Shown piece by piece: positions 48,541 through 58,407 of a stretch of DNA of 64,000 bases. The stretch comes from an uncultured Hyphomicrobiales bacterium. GTDB taxonomy: Bacteria > Pseudomonadota > Alphaproteobacteria > Micropepsales > Micropepsaceae. The notes under the pieces were generated by a model. It was not told the origin of the DNA, made no database searches, and worked only from the letters and a program-made list of their open reading frames with translations. Positions within the stretch are counted from its first letter, which is position 1; each line of letters opens with the position of its first letter. The DNA is taken from assembly GCA_966211925.1 (NCBI GenBank), contig CBIHOI010000006.1, positions 8,313 through 72,312 on the forward strand, in the 5' to 3' direction. The position numbers and the translations under genes are program-made.

Positions 48541-48806
48541 AGAAAACCGCTGTGAGGATTCGCTCGGACTATAGGGCCGGGCTGGATTTACGCCAATGCT
48601 GCAATGCGTGAGAAATGGGGTTTTGAGGTTATCCCCAATCCGCCCCAAGGGGGCTGCGACGCTGTGTGGAAACGGCGCGAAAAATATTTCGGAGCCTTAA
48701 TCCGAAGCCCGCTTGACTCGCGGCTTTTCCGGCGAGTTCTGGCCTACCAGAGCTGGTGTTTAAAGCTTCTCTAACCACTATTTGCTTGCGCGCCCCTTTC
48801 CGCCGT

Positions 48807-48852
48807 GTCCATACTTTGGGCCAGTCACCTCCCGTGACCACCACATCTGGCG
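48807..48852 (+). promoter_or_regulatory. Putative tandem NrdR boxes
   Basis: CACCACATCTGGCG (48839-48852) and degenerate GTCCATACTTTGGG (48807-48820), 32 bp apart, upstream of nrdJ. Confidence 0.5.
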
Positions 48853-48961
48853 AGCAGGCCCCGCCGCGAAAGACATCTTTCGCGGGCGGGAAGCTGTCCC
48901 CGGAAAGGTGGTTTGGCGGAGGGCTGGGGCCGAGTTCATCACGCAATCGCAGGATCAGACC

Positions 48962-51900
48962 ATGCGTATTCCCCGTCATTTCACGGTTGAAGGCCACTCG
49001 CCCTATGAGGGCATCGCCTTTCGCGGCGCCGCCAGCGAAATTCGCAACCCGGACGGCTCCATCGTCTTTGCCCAGACCGACATTGAAGTGCCGGAAGCCT
49101 GGAGCCAGGTCGCCAGCGACGTGCTCGCGCAGAAGTATTTCCGCAAGGCGGGCGTTTCCAAGGCGCTGAAGCCGGTGCCCGAGGAAGGCGTGCCGGAATT
49201 CCTGTGGCGCAAACAGGCGGCATCGAAGGACAGCAAGGAAACCACGGGCGAGAAATCCGCCAAGCAGGTGTTTGATCGCCTGGCCGGCACCTGGACCTAT
49301 TGGGGCTGGAAGGGCGGCTATTTCGATGCCGAGAGCGATGCCCAGGCTTTCTATGATGAGCTCTGCCACATGCTGGCGTCGCAGAAATGCGCGCCCAACT
49401 CGCCGCAATGGTTCAACACCGGTCTTCACTGGGCCTATGGCATCGATGGCCCTGGTCAGGGCCATTACTATGTCGATCACAAGAGCGGCCGCCTGACCAA
49501 GTCGGCATCGGCCTATGAACATCCGCAGCCCCATGCCTGCTTTATCCAGAGCGTCAAGGATGACCTGGTGAATGACGGCGGTATCATGGACCTGTGGACG
49601 CGCGAGGCGCGCCTGTTCAAATACGGCTCGGGTACCGGCACCAATTTCTCGCCCTTGCGCGGCCAGGATGAAAAGCTGTCGGGCGGCGGCAAATCGTCGG
49701 GGCTGATGAGCTTCCTGAAAATCGGCGACCGCGCCGCCGGCGCCATCAAGTCGGGCGGCACCACGCGCCGCGCCGCCAAGATGGTGATTGTCGACATCGA
49801 TCATCCCGATATCGAGGATTTCATCGACTGGAAGGTGATCGAGGAACAGAAGGTCGCGGCCCTGGTGACCGGCTCCAAACTGGCAGAGCGGCACCTGAAG
49901 GCGGTGCTGAAGGCCTGTGTCAACTGCGAAGGCTCGGGCGGCGACTGCTATGACCCGCAGAAGAATCCGGCTTTGCGCCGCGAGATCAAGGCGGCACGCA
50001 AGTCGCTGATCCCCGACAACCTGATCGAGCGCGTCATCAGCTTCGCGCGCCAGGGCTTCAAGGACATCGACTTCCGTACATATGACACCGACTGGGACAG
50101 CGAGGCCTATACCTCGGTCGCCGGCCAGAATTCCAACAACACGGTGCGCGTCACAGACGAATTCCTGAAAGCCGTGCAGGAAGACGGCGACTGGCAACTG
50201 ACCAATCGCGGCAACGGCAAGGTTGCCCGCACCATCAAGGCGCGCGAGCTGTGGGACAAGGTGAGCTATGCCGCCTGGGCCTGCGCCGATCCGGGCGTGC
50301 AGTTTCACACCTCGATCAATGACTGGCACACCTGCCCGGCCGGCGGCGAAATCCGCGCCAGCAATCCGTGCAGCGAATACATGTTCCTGGACGACACCGC
50401 CTGCAACCTGGCGTCGCTGAACCTGATGCAGTTCCGCAAGGGCGACGGCGTCAAGACCTTCGACGTCGCGTCCTTCGAGCATGCTGTCAGGCTGTGGACC
50501 ATGGTGCTGGAAATCTCGGTGCTGATGGCGCAGTTCCCGTCCAAGGAAATTGCGCAGCTCTCCTACGATTACCGCACCCTGGGCCTCGGCTTCGCCAACA
50601 TCGGCGGCCTGCTGATGTCGGCGGGCGTTCCCTATGACAGCCGCGAAGGCCGCGCCATCGCCGGCGCGATTTCCGCACTGATGACGGGCGTGTCCTATGC
50701 CACGTCTGCCGAGATGGCGGGCGAACTGGGCGCCTTCCCGGAATATGCCGCCAACAAGGACGCTATGCTGCGGGTGATCCGCAACCATCGCCGTGCCGCC
50801 CATGGCGAAGACAAGGGCTATGAGAAACTTGCCACCCCGCCCGTGTCACTGGACCTGAAGGCGATCGACGACAAAGCGCTGGCCGAGGCCGCCCAGCGTG
50901 CCTGGGACGATGCACTGTCACTTGGCAAGGAGCATGGCTTCCGCAACGCGCAGGCAACCGTGATTGCGCCCACCGGTACCATCGGCCTGGTGATGGACTG
51001 CGACACCACTGGCGTGGAGCCGGACTTCGCGCTGGTGAAGTTCAAGACCCTGGCGGGCGGCGGCTATTTCAAGATCATCAACCGCTGTGTGCCCGAAGCG
51101 CTGTCGAACCTGGGTTATGGCCAGGCGGAGATCGACGCCATCGTCGCCTATGCCGTGGGCCATGGCACCCTGGAAGACTATCAGGGCCGCATCAACCATG
51201 ACTCGCTGGAAGCCAAGGGCTTTGGCGAGGAGCAGATTGCCGAGATCGAGGGCGCGCTGGAATCCGCGTTCGATATCCGCTTTGTCTTCAACAAGTACAC
51301 GCTGGGCGCCAAGTTCTGCACCGAGGTGCTGAAGCTGGATGCCGCCACCATGGATGCGCCCGACTTCGACATGCTGAAGGCCCTGGGCTTTTCCCGCGCC
51401 GACATCGATGCCGCCAACCTGCATGTCTGCGGCGCCATGACCCTGGAAGGTGCGCCCTATCTGAAGGAACAGCATCTGGCGGTGTTCGACTGCGCCAATC
51501 CGTGCGGCCGCACCGGCAAGCGCTCCCTGAGCGTGGAAAGTCATATCCGCATGATGGCCGCGGTACAGCCTTTCATCTCGGGCGCCATCTCCAAGACCAT
51601 CAACATGGCCAACAGCGCCGCGGTGAAGGAGTGCGGCGAAGCCTATATGATGAGCTGGAAGCTGGGGCTCAAGGCCAATGCGCTGTATCGTGACGGCTCC
51701 AAGCTGTCACAGCCCTTGTCCAGCCAGGTCTTTGCCTTTGCCGACGAGGAAGATGACGAGCTGGAAGCGCCGCGCGCGCCCGCACAGCAGACCGTCGTCA
51801 CCGAACGTATCGTCGAACGGGTGATCGAGAAGGTCCGCAGCCACGAGCGCGAGCGCCTGCCCCATCGCCGCAAGAGCTATACCCAGAAGGCCAGCGTGGG

Positions 51901-52669
51901 CGGGCACAAGGTTTACCTGCACACCGGCGAGTATGAAGATGGGCGGCTGGGCGAGATCTTCATCGACATGCACAAGGAAGGCGCCGCCTTCCGCAGCCTG
52001 ATGAACAATTTTGCCATCGCCATCTCGGTCGGGCTGCAATATGGCGTTCCGCTGGAAGAATTCGTGGACGCCTTCACCTTTACCCGTTTCGAGCCGGCAG
52101 GCCTGGTGATTGGCAACGACTCCATCAAGAACGCCACCAGTGTGCTGGATTACATCTTCCGGGAGCTGGGCGTTTCCTATCTGGGCCGTACCGACCTGGC
52201 GCATGTCGTGCCCGCGGCGGACGAGGATCTGGGACGCGACGGCGGGGGCGCGACGCAGGAAGTTGCGATCTCCCGGCTGGCCTCCAGCGGCTACCTGCGA
52301 GGCCGAACCCAGATGGCGGTGGTACGAGGCGGGGCAGCACCGAAGATGGTTGCGCATGCCGAAGACGAGCATGAACAATTCGGCAGCTTTGAAGCCGACA
52401 ATGATGTGCAGGGCGACACCCTGGACCTGTCGGAAATCCGCGCCAGCGTGGAAGCTACGCTCAGCACCGTGAATGCCCAGGTGGCGCATCTGGAAGCGGC
52501 CATGAACCCCAAGGCGGCGGCGCGCGAAACCCGCGCGGTGCGGGCGGCGGAGGCGCGGCTGAAGGGCTTTGAAGGCGACAATTGCGGTGCCTGCGGCAAC
52601 TTCACCTTGGTGCGCAACGGCACCTGCATGAAGTGCAACACCTGCGGTTCGACTTCGGGCTGTTCATAG
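48962..52669 (+). CDS. nrdJ: Class II (B12-dependent) ribonucleotide reductase
   Basis: [43 protein letters not shown] domain, C-terminal Zn ribbon; no intein; start re-called to 48962. Confidence 0.97.
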   Translation: MRIPRHFTVEGHSPYEGIAFRGAASEIRNPDGSIVFAQTDIEVPEAWSQVASDVLAQKYFRKAGVSKALKPVPEEGVPEFLWRKQAASKDSKETTGEKSAKQVFDRLAGTWTYWGWKGGYFDAESDAQAFYDELCHMLASQKCAPNSPQWFNTGLHWAYGIDGPGQGHYYVDHKSGRLTKSASAYEHPQPHACFIQSVKDDLVNDGGIMDLWTREARLFKYGSGTGTNFSPLRGQDEKLSGGGKSSGLMSFLKIGDRAAGAIKSGGTTRRAAKMVIVDIDHPDIEDFIDWKVIEEQKVAALVTGSKLAERHLKAVLKACVNCEGSGGDCYDPQKNPALRREIKAARKSLIPDNLIERVISFARQGFKDIDFRTYDTDWDSEAYTSVAGQNSNNTVRVTDEFLKAVQEDGDWQLTNRGNGKVARTIKARELWDKVSYAAWACADPGVQFHTSINDWHTCPAGGEIRASNPCSEYMFLDDTACNLASLNLMQFRKGDGVKTFDVASFEHAVRLWTMVLEISVLMAQFPSKEIAQLSYDYRTLGLGFANIGGLLMSAGVPYDSREGRAIAGAISALMTGVSYATSAEMAGELGAFPEYAANKDAMLRVIRNHRRAAHGEDKGYEKLATPPVSLDLKAIDDKALAEAAQRAWDDALSLGKEHGFRNAQATVIAPTGTIGLVMDCDTTGVEPDFALVKFKTLAGGGYFKIINRCVPEALSNLGYGQAEIDAIVAYAVGHGTLEDYQGRINHDSLEAKGFGEEQIAEIEGALESAFDIRFVFNKYTLGAKFCTEVLKLDAATMDAPDFDMLKALGFSRADIDAANLHVCGAMTLEGAPYLKEQHLAVFDCANPCGRTGKRSLSVESHIRMMAAVQPFISGAISKTINMANSAAVKECGEAYMMSWKLGLKANALYRDGSKLSQPLSSQVFAFADEEDDELEAPRAPAQQTVVTERIVERVIEKVRSHERERLPHRRKSYTQKASVGGHKVYLHTGEYEDGRLGEIFIDMHKEGAAFRSLMNNFAIAISVGLQYGVPLEEFVDAFTFTRFEPAGLVIGNDSIKNATSVLDYIFRELGVSYLGRTDLAHVVPAADEDLGRDGGGATQEVAISRLASSGYLRGRTQMAVVRGGAAPKMVAHAEDEHEQFGSFEADNDVQGDTLDLSEIRASVEATLSTVNAQVAHLEAAMNPKAAARETRAVRAAEARLKGFEGDNCGACGNFTLVRNGTCMKCNTCGSTSGCS

Positions 52670-52708
52670 CCGCGATTGGTTCCGGGCTGATTGACAGCCT
52701 GTTTCAGG

Positions 52709-52736
52709 GGCGCGAGGGGAAACCCTCGCGCCTTTT
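52709..52736 (+). terminator. Intrinsic terminator after nrdJ
   Basis: GGCGCGAGGG-GAAA-CCCTCGCGCC-TTTT. Confidence 0.9.
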
Positions 52737-52750
52737 GTCGTTAACAGGGC

Positions 52751-52963
52751 ATGGCTTATGTGCAATCCAGCGCTCTCGAGCAGGTAACCTACGACCCGCA
52801 AGCCCTCACCCTGCGCACGACTTTTCGTGACAGCGGGCGGACCTATATCTATCGCGGGGTTCCGCAGGATGTGTACGACGGGCTGATTTTCGCCGACTCC
52901 ATCGGCACTTTTTTCAATGCCCATATCCGCGACCGCTTCGATTTCGAGGAATTGGGCGGTTAG
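52751..52963 (+). CDS. KTSC-domain protein
   Basis: VQSSAL..V.YD....TL...F..G..Y.Y.GVP..VY.GL..A.S.G.FFN.HIRD.F. Confidence 0.88.
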   Translation: MAYVQSSALEQVTYDPQALTLRTTFRDSGRTYIYRGVPQDVYDGLIFADSIGTFFNAHIRDRFDFEELGG

Positions 52964-53055
52964 CGCCGGAGTTTCCCTCAGGTTTCGGCGGGCTATCTTG
53001 CGATGGCAAACACGGATTTACCGATTGGTAAGCCCGCTGGGCCAACCTGCCGCGC

Positions 53056-53508
53056 ATGAAAGCCGTGCTTGTCCTTGGCGCCCTCATGTCTGCCGTTCTT
53101 TTTTCGCCGCCCGCGGGCGCGGCGGACCCCGCTGCTGTTGCCAAAATCCATGGCGGAATCGTGGATTGCGTGGGGTGTGACCTTTCGGGGGCCGACCTGA
53201 CCAACACTTGCGTCAAGGAACATGACCTGCACGGCGCGGATTTCACCGGCGCCAATGCCACCTTGATGTGCATGTCGTTTGCGAACTTTACCAATGTCAG
53301 TTTTCGGGGCACCGAGCTTTCCGCCGCCAACCTGGCGGGTGCAAAGATGGACGGGGCGGACCTGACGGGCGCCAGGACCTCCATCACCTCGTTTCTCGGC
53401 ACTGACCTGCGCAAGGTAAAGGGTCTGACCCAGAAGCAGCTGGACGTGGCCTGCGGCGACGCCAAGACCCAGCTTCCGCCGGGACTGCGCATCCACACCT
53501 GCCAGTAA
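53056..53508 (+). CDS. Exported pentapeptide-repeat protein
   Basis: Signal peptide, CVGCDLSGADL, repeated A(D/N)LxG units, ACGD. Confidence 0.88.
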   Translation: MKAVLVLGALMSAVLFSPPAGAADPAAVAKIHGGIVDCVGCDLSGADLTNTCVKEHDLHGADFTGANATLMCMSFANFTNVSFRGTELSAANLAGAKMDGADLTGARTSITSFLGTDLRKVKGLTQKQLDVACGDAKTQLPPGLRIHTCQ

Positions 53509-53601
53509 CCAGCCCTGCCTTGACCGGACTGCGCCGCGAAAGCCGAGGCCGCGACATGTAGATGATTGCGCGCAGCAGGTTGCTCTCGACTTGGCTGGCC
53601 G

Positions 53602-55209
53602 CTATTCCGCTGCTTCCTTAAGCGGCGCCGGCTTCCAGCGCAGTACGGGTTTGCGGGCGGCGGCGGTCTCGTCCAGGCGGCGGCGCGGCGCCAGGTGCGG
53701 CGCGCCCACAAAGCGCGCGGTCTGGCCGGCCTTCGCCTCGGTCGCCAGGGTGTGCAGGACATGGATGAAACGGTCCAGCGATTCCTTGGATTCCGATTCC
53801 GTGGGTTCGATCAGCATCGCGCCATGCACCACCAGCGGGAAATACATGGTCATGGGGTGGTAGCCCTCGTCGATCATCGCCTTAGCGAAATCAAGGGTGG
53901 TGACGCCGCTATTGTCGAGGAAGCTGTCGTCGAAGAGGGCTTCGTGCATGCAGGGGCCGTCGCCGAACGGCGCCGTCATCACATCTTTCAGCGAGGCCAG
54001 GACATAGTTGGCGGACAACACAGCGTCTTCACTTGCCTGGCGCACACCGTCGCGACCATGGCTCAGCATGTAGGTCAGCGCACGGCTGAACATGCCCATC
54101 TGGCCATGGAAGGCGCACATGCGGCCGAACGGTTTGGCGCCTTCCGGCACCTCGCCCTGGTCTTCGATGAGACGCAGGCCCTTGTTATCGGCCACCAGCA
54201 GCGGCACGGGGGCATAGGCCGCCAGACGTTCCGACAGCACAACAGGACCGGCACCGGGACCGCCGCCGCCATGCGGAGTGGAGAAAGTCTTGTGCAGGTT
54301 GATGTGCATGGCGTCGATGCCAAGATCGCCCGGACGCACCCTGCCCGCGATGGCGTTGAAATTGGCGCCATCGCAATAGAAGTAGGCGCCTGCCGCGTGC
54401 ACCGCCTTGGCAATCTCGACGATTTCGCTTTCAAAAAGGCCGCAGGTGTTGGGATTGGTCAGCATGATGGCGGCGACGTCGGGACCCAGCTTGGCCTTCA
54501 GTGCCGCAGAATCCACCCGGCCATTGGGCAGCGCAGGAACTTCGTCCACCGTGAAGCCGGCGAACGCAGCCGTTGCGGGATTGGTGCCATGGGCCGATTC
54601 CGGCACCAGCACCCGCTTGCGGGTTTCGCCCCGCGCTTGAATGGCTGCGCGGATCGCCAGCATTCCGCAGAGCTCGCCATGGGCGCCCGCCTTGGGCGAC
54701 ATGGCGACGGCCGGCATGCCGGTAAGCGTGGTCAGCCAGTTCATGAGACTGGAAATCAGTTCCAGCGCGCCCTGGGTCACCGACTGCGGCGCCAGGGGAT
54801 GCAGGTCGCCAAAGCCCGGCAGCCGCGCCATCTTTTCGTTCAGGCGCGGATTATGCTTCATGGTGCAGGAGCCCAGCGGATAAAGCCCGCTGTCGATGGC
54901 GTAGTTCATGCGCGACAGCCGCACATAATGACGGATCACTTCCGGTTCGCTGAGCCCCGGAAGGCCGATCGCATCCTTGCGGCGCATGCCGCCCAGGCGG
55001 TCGCCAGAAATCTGCACATCAGGCAAGTCCACGCCGATGGCGCCATGGCCCAGTTCGAAGATCAGTGCCTCTTCATGGTCGAGGCCACGGTCGCCGGAAA
55101 TGGTAGACAATTCCTCCGGCGTGTGGGTGCCGGGCGCGATGGGAGCCCGGCGGTTTGGCCCAAGATCGTTCGTGGGGGAAGTCGGGCGGCCCTGATTGTT
55201 CATGCTCAT
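53602..55209 (-). CDS. gcvPB: Glycine dehydrogenase subunit 2
   Basis: YPLGSCTMKHNP, SAHGTNPA, NLHKTFSTPHGGGGPG, IEPTESE. Confidence 0.97.
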   Translation of the reverse strand: MSMNNQGRPTSPTNDLGPNRRAPIAPGTHTPEELSTISGDRGLDHEEALIFELGHGAIGVDLPDVQISGDRLGGMRRKDAIGLPGLSEPEVIRHYVRLSRMNYAIDSGLYPLGSCTMKHNPRLNEKMARLPGFGDLHPLAPQSVTQGALELISSLMNWLTTLTGMPAVAMSPKAGAHGELCGMLAIRAAIQARGETRKRVLVPESAHGTNPATAAFAGFTVDEVPALPNGRVDSAALKAKLGPDVAAIMLTNPNTCGLFESEIVEIAKAVHAAGAYFYCDGANFNAIAGRVRPGDLGIDAMHINLHKTFSTPHGGGGPGAGPVVLSERLAAYAPVPLLVADNKGLRLIEDQGEVPEGAKPFGRMCAFHGQMGMFSRALTYMLSHGRDGVRQASEDAVLSANYVLASLKDVMTAPFGDGPCMHEALFDDSFLDNSGVTTLDFAKAMIDEGYHPMTMYFPLVVHGAMLIEPTESESKESLDRFIHVLHTLATEAKAGQTARFVGAPHLAPRRRLDETAAARKPVLRWKPAPLKEAAE

Positions 55210-56552
55210 CAGATTGCGTCTTTCAGTGCGCCCACCAGCGCATCAAAATCTTCGTCGGTGTTGGTTTCTGTCGCCGCCACGATCAGCAGGTTGGCGACAC
55301 TGGCATCGCGCGGCAACAGGCGCGACACCGGCACACCGGCGATCACGCCCTTGGCCGCCAAGGCGTCCACGATGGGCGCAGCGGCCTTCGGCAGCTTGAC
55401 GGTGAATTCGTTGAAGAAGGCTGGCACCAGAACCTCCACGCCGGGCAACGCCGACAGCCGGTCGGCAAGCGCCGAGGCTTTGGCATGGTTGATGCGCGCC
55501 AGACGGGTGAGGCCCTCCTCGCCCAGCAGCGACAGATGGATGGTGAAGGCCAGGCAGCACAGACCGGAATTGGTGCAGATGTTGCTGGTCGCCTTTTCGC
55601 GGCGGATATGCTGCTCGCGGGTCGAAAGCGTCAGCACATAGCCGCGGCGGCCTTCGGCATCCACTGTCTCGCCCGTCAGGCGGCCAGGCATCTGGCGCAG
55701 GAATTTTTCGCGGGTGGCGAACAGCCCGACATAGGGACCGCCGAAATTCAGGCCATTGCCGATCGACTGACCTTCCGCCGCCACGATGTCGGCACCCTGC
55801 GCACCGGGAGATTCCAGGAGACCCAGCGAAACCACTTCCGTCACCACCGCGACCAGCAACGCGCCCTTGGCATGGGCGGCGTCGGCGATGGGACGCAGAT
55901 TGCGGATCAGGCCGAACACGTCCGGCGACTGCACGACGACGCAGGCGGTTTCGTCATCGATCAGGGCGATGATGTCTTCGACATTGCCGGGCGTGACCGG
56001 TGCACGCGTGACGACGCCCGACAGGTTTGCGACCGTTTCCACCGTCTCGGCATAATGAGGATGCAGGCCGCCGGACAGAATGGCCTTGGGCCGCTTGGTG
56101 ATGCGCTGGGCCATCAGCACCGCTTCGGCGGTGGCGGTCGAACCGTCATACAGTGAGGCATTGGCGACCTCCATGCCAGTCAGCAGCGCCACCTGGGTCT
56201 GGAACTCGAACAGATACTGCAGCGTGCCTTGCGCGATTTCCGGCTGGTATGGCGTGTAGCTGGTGAGGAATTCCGAGCGCTGAATCAGATGATCCACCGC
56301 GGAGGGGACATGATGCTTGTAGGCGCCCGCGCCGCAGAAAAAGGGCGCGGCGCCCGCCGCGGTATTCTTCGCGGCAAGCCTGGACAATGCGCGTTCGACC
56401 TCCAGCTCGCCTTGCGTGTCCGGCAGGTCGAAGGCCGACAGGCCCACGATCGCCGAAGCCGGGACGTCCCGGTACAGCGCATCCACATCGGGCGCGCCGA
56501 TTTTCGCCAACATGGCGCGGCGGTCGTCGGCAGTCAGCGGCAGGTAACGCAT
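55209..56552 (-). CDS. gcvPA: Glycine dehydrogenase subunit 1
   Basis: [44 protein letters not shown]. Confidence 0.97.
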   Translation of the reverse strand: MRYLPLTADDRRAMLAKIGAPDVDALYRDVPASAIVGLSAFDLPDTQGELEVERALSRLAAKNTAAGAAPFFCGAGAYKHHVPSAVDHLIQRSEFLTSYTPYQPEIAQGTLQYLFEFQTQVALLTGMEVANASLYDGSTATAEAVLMAQRITKRPKAILSGGLHPHYAETVETVANLSGVVTRAPVTPGNVEDIIALIDDETACVVVQSPDVFGLIRNLRPIADAAHAKGALLVAVVTEVVSLGLLESPGAQGADIVAAEGQSIGNGLNFGGPYVGLFATREKFLRQMPGRLTGETVDAEGRRGYVLTLSTREQHIRREKATSNICTNSGLCCLAFTIHLSLLGEEGLTRLARINHAKASALADRLSALPGVEVLVPAFFNEFTVKLPKAAAPIVDALAAKGVIAGVPVSRLLPRDASVANLLIVAATETNTDEDFDALVGALKDAI

Positions 56553-56555
56553 GTC

Positions 56556-56930
56556 TTACAGGCTTTCCACAAACTTGGCATAGGCGGCGCCGTCCATCAG
56601 CTTGGCGAAGTCGTCCTTGTTGACGCCCTTGAGCTTGAAGAACCAGCCCGCGCCTTCGGGATCTTCGTTGACCTTGGAGGGCGCGGCCTCGAGGTCGGGG
56701 TTGGCGGCGGAGACGGTGCCGCCGGCCGGCGAATAGATGTCGCTGGCCGCCTTGACGCTTTCCACCACGGCCGCCTCGCCGCCCGCCGTCACGGACTTGC
56801 CGGCGGTGGGCAGCTCCACGAACACGACATCGCCCAGGGACTCGGCGGCATATTTGGTGATGCCAACCGTGGCTTCGTCGCCGTCCAGGCGGATCCATTC
56901 ATGCTGGTCGGTGTAGCGGACTTCGGACAT
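56556..56930 (-). CDS. gcvH: Glycine cleavage H protein
   Basis: HEWI, LGDVVFVELP, ESVKAASDIYSP. Confidence 0.97.
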   Translation of the reverse strand: MSEVRYTDQHEWIRLDGDEATVGITKYAAESLGDVVFVELPTAGKSVTAGGEAAVVESVKAASDIYSPAGGTVSAANPDLEAAPSKVNEDPEGAGWFFKLKGVNKDDFAKLMDGAAYAKFVESL

Positions 56931-56948
56931 GGAAAGCTCCTGATCAAT

Positions 56949-58052
56949 TCACTTCTGGGGACGGCGGTAATTGTGGGGGACAAACGGCATCGGCGATACA
57001 GCGGCGGGCATCGCCTTGCCACGTACCAACAGGTCTATCGGGGTTCCCGCAACCGCGAAGGCGGTTTCGACATAGCCCATGGCCAAAGGGCCATTCAGGC
57101 TGGGGCCGAAGCCGCCCGACGTCACCTTGCCAATCACCCTGCCGCTTTTATCGGCAATTTCCGTGCCCTCGCGGGCGGGGGCGCGGCCTTCGGGGCGGAT
57201 GCCAACCAGCTTCTTGGCAAAGCCGCCCGCCATGATTTTTTCGCCGGCCGGGAAATCCCGCGCTTCCTTGCGGCGCTTGCCGATCGACCACATCAGGCTG
57301 GCCTCGGCCGGGTTGATGGTGTCGTCAATGTCGTGGCCGTACAGGCATAGGCCGGCTTCCAGCCGCAGGCTGTCGCGGGCGCCCAGGCCGATGGGCAGCA
57401 CTTCCGGTTCGCCCAGCAGGGCGCGGGCGACTTTCTCGGCATCGGCCGCTTCGATGGAGATTTCGAAGCCGTCTTCGCCGGTATAGCCAGTGCGGCTGAT
57501 GATGGCGGGCGCGCCCGCCACGGTGGTGCGCTTGACCTGCATGAAGGTGAGATCGGAAATTCCCGGCGAATGGCGTTCCAGCGCCGCGGCCGCGGCGGGG
57601 CCTTGCAGCGCCAGCAGGGCACGATCAAAGCGCGGCGTGATGGTGGCGACGCCCTTCAGCTTTTCGCAGATATAGTTGAAGTCCGCTTCCTTGGTACCAG
57701 CATTGACCACGAGATAGAGGTCCGGCTCGCCTGTCAGACGCGAGAACATGAAATCATCCAGGATGGTGCCCTGGTCGCTGAGCAGCAGGCCGTAGCGCTG
57801 CATGCCCTCTTTCAGCCCTGCAACATCGGCGGGCGTGACGCGCTCAAGCGCAGCAGTGTCGCCAGAGAGGAACCCCTGCCCCATGTGCGAGACATCGAAC
57901 AGCCCGGCTTTTTCACGGGTATGCAGATGTTCCTTGAGGACGCCGGCGGGATATTGCACCGGCATTTCATAGCCGGCGAAAGGCACCATCTTGCCGCCCA
58001 GCTCCAGATGGAGGGCGTAAAGCGGCGTGCGGCGCAGATTTTCGTCGGTCAT
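56949..58052 (-). CDS. gcvT: Glycine cleavage T protein
   Basis: FAGYEMPVQY, FDVSHMG, SRTGYTGEDGFE, GLGARDSLRLEAG; start 58052 or 58064. Confidence 0.97.
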   Translation of the reverse strand: MTDENLRRTPLYALHLELGGKMVPFAGYEMPVQYPAGVLKEHLHTREKAGLFDVSHMGQGFLSGDTAALERVTPADVAGLKEGMQRYGLLLSDQGTILDDFMFSRLTGEPDLYLVVNAGTKEADFNYICEKLKGVATITPRFDRALLALQGPAAAAALERHSPGISDLTFMQVKRTTVAGAPAIISRTGYTGEDGFEISIEAADAEKVARALLGEPEVLPIGLGARDSLRLEAGLCLYGHDIDDTINPAEASLMWSIGKRRKEARDFPAGEKIMAGGFAKKLVGIRPEGRAPAREGTEIADKSGRVIGKVTSGGFGPSLNGPLAMGYVETAFAVAGTPIDLLVRGKAMPAAVSPMPFVPHNYRRPQK

Positions 58053-58094
58053 GCTCGTTCCCATGGCAAAGTGCGCGCAGCCGGAGTGATGCGC

Positions 58095-58310
58095 GTACCC
58101 CTTCTGTCATGGGACCTGAGAGTTTTCCCCGCCACCCGAAAAGCGCGCAGGTTACCCCTTCGGCGGAGTCCACTGAGGTGGAATCACTTTCCAGAAGTTC
58201 ATCACCCGATCGCGGTCCTTTTGCCTGAGAGTTTCCGGGGCGGTTGCTCCTTCGGCGCCGGCTTTGCCAGTGGCAAACTCCGGTCTCTCCCGCGCGGGGT
58301 CGTGTGCTGG
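58095..58310 (-). ncRNA. Tandem glycine riboswitch
   Basis: Two aptamers: GGAGAGA..CGCCGAAGGAGCAA..GGAAACTCTCAGG-CAAAAGGAC and CTGGAAAG..CGCCGAAGGGGTAA..AAACTCTCAGG..GACAGA; upstream of gcvT. Confidence 0.95.
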
Positions 58311-58352
58311 CCATTCCGGCGCGCCTCACGGCGGGGCGGAATGTTGCATAGC

Positions 58353-58380
58353 ATCATAAATGGGGGTTGAAGGGAGTCAA
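58353..58380 (-). promoter_or_regulatory. Putative gcv operon promoter
   Basis: TTGACT-N16-TATGAT on the minus strand. Confidence 0.6.
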
Positions 58381-58407
58381 CGCGACACCACAACCCATGG
58401 AACTTAC

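Noticed and set aside
48541-48961. Cobalamin riboswitch upstream of nrdJ
   Set aside because: No B12-box or GGGAA core elements recognised.
48962-52669. Intein in NrdJ (or in SufB)
   Set aside because: Usual insertion sites are continuous and lengths are normal.
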